Positions 16,165 to 18,308 of a stretch of DNA of 18,308 bases are shown piece after piece; positions within the stretch are counted from its first letter, which is position 1; every line of letters starts with the position of its first letter. Under the pieces are notes generated by a model that saw only the letters and a list, made by a program, of their open reading frames with translations, was not told the origin of the DNA and did not search any database. The translations under genes and the position numbers were made by a program. Source of the DNA: Archangiaceae bacterium (GTDB taxonomy: Bacteria > Myxococcota > Myxococcia > Myxococcales > Myxococcaceae); assembly GCA_043750125.1 (NCBI GenBank), contig JAYVCD010000151.1:1-18308 (forward strand), read 5' to 3'.

Positions 16165-17121
16165 ATGACGACGACCCCCTACAAGGCAAAAGACATGTCG
16201 GTCCACACCGGGGCCCCCAGTCAATGCAACATCTGCGGCGGTGCGCTCACCACGCGATTTCCCCGTGTCGTCGACGCCCAAACCAGCGAGTCCTTTTCAA
16301 TTCTCGAGTGCACCCGGTGCGGGCTGGGCCACACGTCTCCCCAGCCCGGCGATTTGCGACCCTACGGCGCCGCGGCGTACGAAGCCGGCCGTCACGGCCT
16401 GACCAGCCGATATTGCATCTGGCGGCGGCTTCGATTCGTGGCCTCGCAACCGCTTTCGAGGAATCGCCGAATGCTGGACGTGGGCTGCGGCGACGGAAGT
16501 TTCCTGCTCGAAGCGCAGCGTCAGGGGTGGGAAGTCTCTGGAACCGAAGTGAATCCTCGCCTCGCCCGAGAGCGAGGTCTGACGATTCATGAAGAGCTCG
16601 TTCGGGCGAGCCCGGCCGGGCCCTATGGCTGTATTACTTTGTGGCATAGCCTCGAACACTTTCGAGATCCTCAGGCTGCGGTTCAAGAAGCCGCCTCATT
16701 GCTCGCCCCCGATGGCGTGATGTTGATTGCAGTTCCGAACTGGAGCGGAGCCCAGGCCCGGGCGTTCGGAGCCCAATGGTTTCATTTGGACGTCCCCCGC
16801 CACTTGTTCCATTTTTCCGCCCAATCGCTCTCGGTGCTTGCGGGGCAGTGCAACCTTCAGGTCCGCCAGACCTGGCACACCGAAGCCGAGCTGGATCTCT
16901 TTGGCTGGACCCAGAGCGCGCTCAACCGGGTGCTCGATCAGCCGAACCTCTTGTTTTCGCTGGTGATGGGGAAGCCCACCCGGCTCTCCCTCGCTCAGAA
17001 GGGGGTGCAGCTTGCCCTGGGTTCGGTGGCCACGCTCGCCGCGCTGCCGTTGTTCTCGACCTCGGTGGCCCTGGGCCGCGGGGGAATCATCGTCCACGCC
17101 TTGCGCCGAAGGCCCTTGTGA
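16165..17121 (+). CDS. Class I SAM-dependent methyltransferase with a Zn ribbon; paralog of 10061..10999 (318 aa, alternative start 16195)
   Basis: CNIC...CTRC, MLDVGCGDG, ITLWHSLEHF, AVPN, WFHLDVPRHL and a hydrophobic C-terminal segment. Confidence 0.88.
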   Translation: MTTTPYKAKDMSVHTGAPSQCNICGGALTTRFPRVVDAQTSESFSILECTRCGLGHTSPQPGDLRPYGAAAYEAGRHGLTSRYCIWRRLRFVASQPLSRNRRMLDVGCGDGSFLLEAQRQGWEVSGTEVNPRLARERGLTIHEELVRASPAGPYGCITLWHSLEHFRDPQAAVQEAASLLAPDGVMLIAVPNWSGAQARAFGAQWFHLDVPRHLFHFSAQSLSVLAGQCNLQVRQTWHTEAELDLFGWTQSALNRVLDQPNLLFSLVMGKPTRLSLAQKGVQLALGSVATLAALPLFSTSVALGRGGIIVHALRRRPL

Positions 17122-17150
17122 CGGCCGGCCATCTTCGATACCCAATCCCC

Positions 17151-18308
17151 ATGCTTTCTCTGGGAATTGACGGCTTCGAGTACCAAGACCTGCACAACGC
17201 GCCTGCGCTGGCCCGACTGCACGAGCGCTTCTTGATCGAGCTCTCGGCGGCCAACCCGGTGCTCTCGAACGAGTTTGAAGCGCTGCGGTCCGGAACGGCA
17301 AAGCTCACTCCGCCTCAATATTCCGACCTGCTGATTCGCGTCGCCGAACACGTCTCGCGCTTCCTTGGAAAGCTCTTCAAGATCCAACCCGAGCTGGCTG
17401 CGATGTCCGTACGGCTGACCGACGAGTTGAAGTTGTTCGAGTTCAAGCGCGATTTCGTCAGCCGAAAGGTCTTCAAGAAGGGAGCGACCGAACGGCCGAC
17501 CGCCGACGAGCTGCCGGTGCTCGAGCAGCGAATGCATCTGTTGTTCAAGCTGGGCTTCGGCTGGACGGGGACGCCCACCGATGAAGAGCGGGCAGTGGCC
17601 GAGTCGGTGCTCACGCTGATGCACATCGAGAAGCAGCTGGCGGGTGGGTATACGCCCCCTCAGCCCGAGCAAGAGGGGGTCTGGACGAAGCTGCAGGCGG
17701 CGCTGCTGTCGACGGCCGAAGGAAAAGCGACCTTCGCCACCACGTTGCTTCCCGGGGGCGTCGAGGCGGCCCGTGGCCTGCTGTCGTTGGCTGACCGGTG
17801 GACGTATGCGCGCGCAAAGTACAGCCACCTGTTCCACGGCTGGTCGACGATTGCCCAGCCGCAGCCGCTGGTTTTCGACAAGCTCGTCGAGCTGAAGGTA
17901 CCCAACACGGCGATGCCCGAGATGCTCGAGGGGCCTGCCGAGCACCTGCGCCGCCGCGATGGCTTCAAGCTGACCGACCCCCGGGCGACCCAGCGCGAAG
18001 TGATGGATCAGATCGACTACTGCATCATCTGCCACGAGCGCGAGCGCGACAGCTGCAAGAAGGGCATTCCCGAGAAAGACCCGACGAAAGAGCTGAGCTT
18101 CAAGTTGAACCCGCTGGGAATTCCGCTGACCGGCTGCCCGCTGGACGAAAAAATCAGCGAGGCGCACCTGCTCAAGTCGCGCGGCGACTCGTTGGCGGCG
18201 CTGGCGATGATCATGATCGACAACCCGATGTGCCCCGGCACCGGCCATCGAATCTGCAACGACTGCATGAAGGCCTGCATCTTCCAGAAGCAGGACCCGG
18301 TGAACATT
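17151..18308 (+). CDS. N-terminal 386 codons of a large Fe-S/FAD oxidoreductase (GltD/NfnB-like Fe-S region); 3'-truncated by the window edge
   Basis: Absent from the ORF track because there is no stop in the window. Manual translation gives MLSLGIDGFEYQDLHNAPALARLHERFL...LRRRDGFKLTD...YCIICHERERDSCKKG...GCPLDEKISEAH...DNPMCPGTGHRICNDCMKACIFQKQDPVNI. The Cys pattern resembles the two-cluster Fe-S domain of glutamate synthase small-subunit-like proteins. Confidence 0.88.
   Translation, partial: MLSLGIDGFEYQDLHNAPALARLHERFLIELSAANPVLSNEFEALRSGTAKLTPPQYSDLLIRVAEHVSRFLGKLFKIQPELAAMSVRLTDELKLFEFKRDFVSRKVFKKGATERPTADELPVLEQRMHLLFKLGFGWTGTPTDEERAVAESVLTLMHIEKQLAGGYTPPQPEQEGVWTKLQAALLSTAEGKATFATTLLPGGVEAARGLLSLADRWTYARAKYSHLFHGWSTIAQPQPLVFDKLVELKVPNTAMPEMLEGPAEHLRRRDGFKLTDPRATQREVMDQIDYCIICHERERDSCKKGIPEKDPTKELSFKLNPLGIPLTGCPLDEKISEAHLLKSRGDSLAALAMIMIDNPMCPGTGHRICNDCMKACIFQKQDPVNI

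Overview
A high-GC bacterial window made up almost entirely of a cell-surface glycan biosynthesis and decoration locus; the taxon cannot be assigned from the sequence alone. It opens with the end of a dTDP-L-rhamnose operon (rmlD fragment, rmlA, rmlC). A two-gene module on the opposite strand follows: a ~73-aa protein plus a GxxA...RxTxDxD nucleotidyltransferase, possibly a toxin-antitoxin or defence pair. A tightly coupled minus-strand operon (RmlC-like epimerase, RmlD-like reductase, Zn/SAM NDP-sugar C-methyltransferase, rfbF, rfbG) should make a CDP-activated C-methyl-branched 6-deoxyhexose. The locus also has four dissimilar polytopic GT-C-type glycosyltransferases, two GT2 enzymes of the polyprenyl-phosphate-sugar synthase type and two paralogous Zn-ribbon SAM methyltransferases. 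The window ends in the 5' part of a large Fe-S/FAD oxidoreductase that the supplied ORF track misses. I saw no RNA genes, CRISPR arrays or transposases. The best candidates for undescribed biology are (i) a lipid-carrier, multi-GT-C extracytoplasmic glycosylation system that may use a branched or methylated sugar, and (ii) the small-protein/nucleotidyltransferase module. All family calls come from motif recognition by eye, not database searches.
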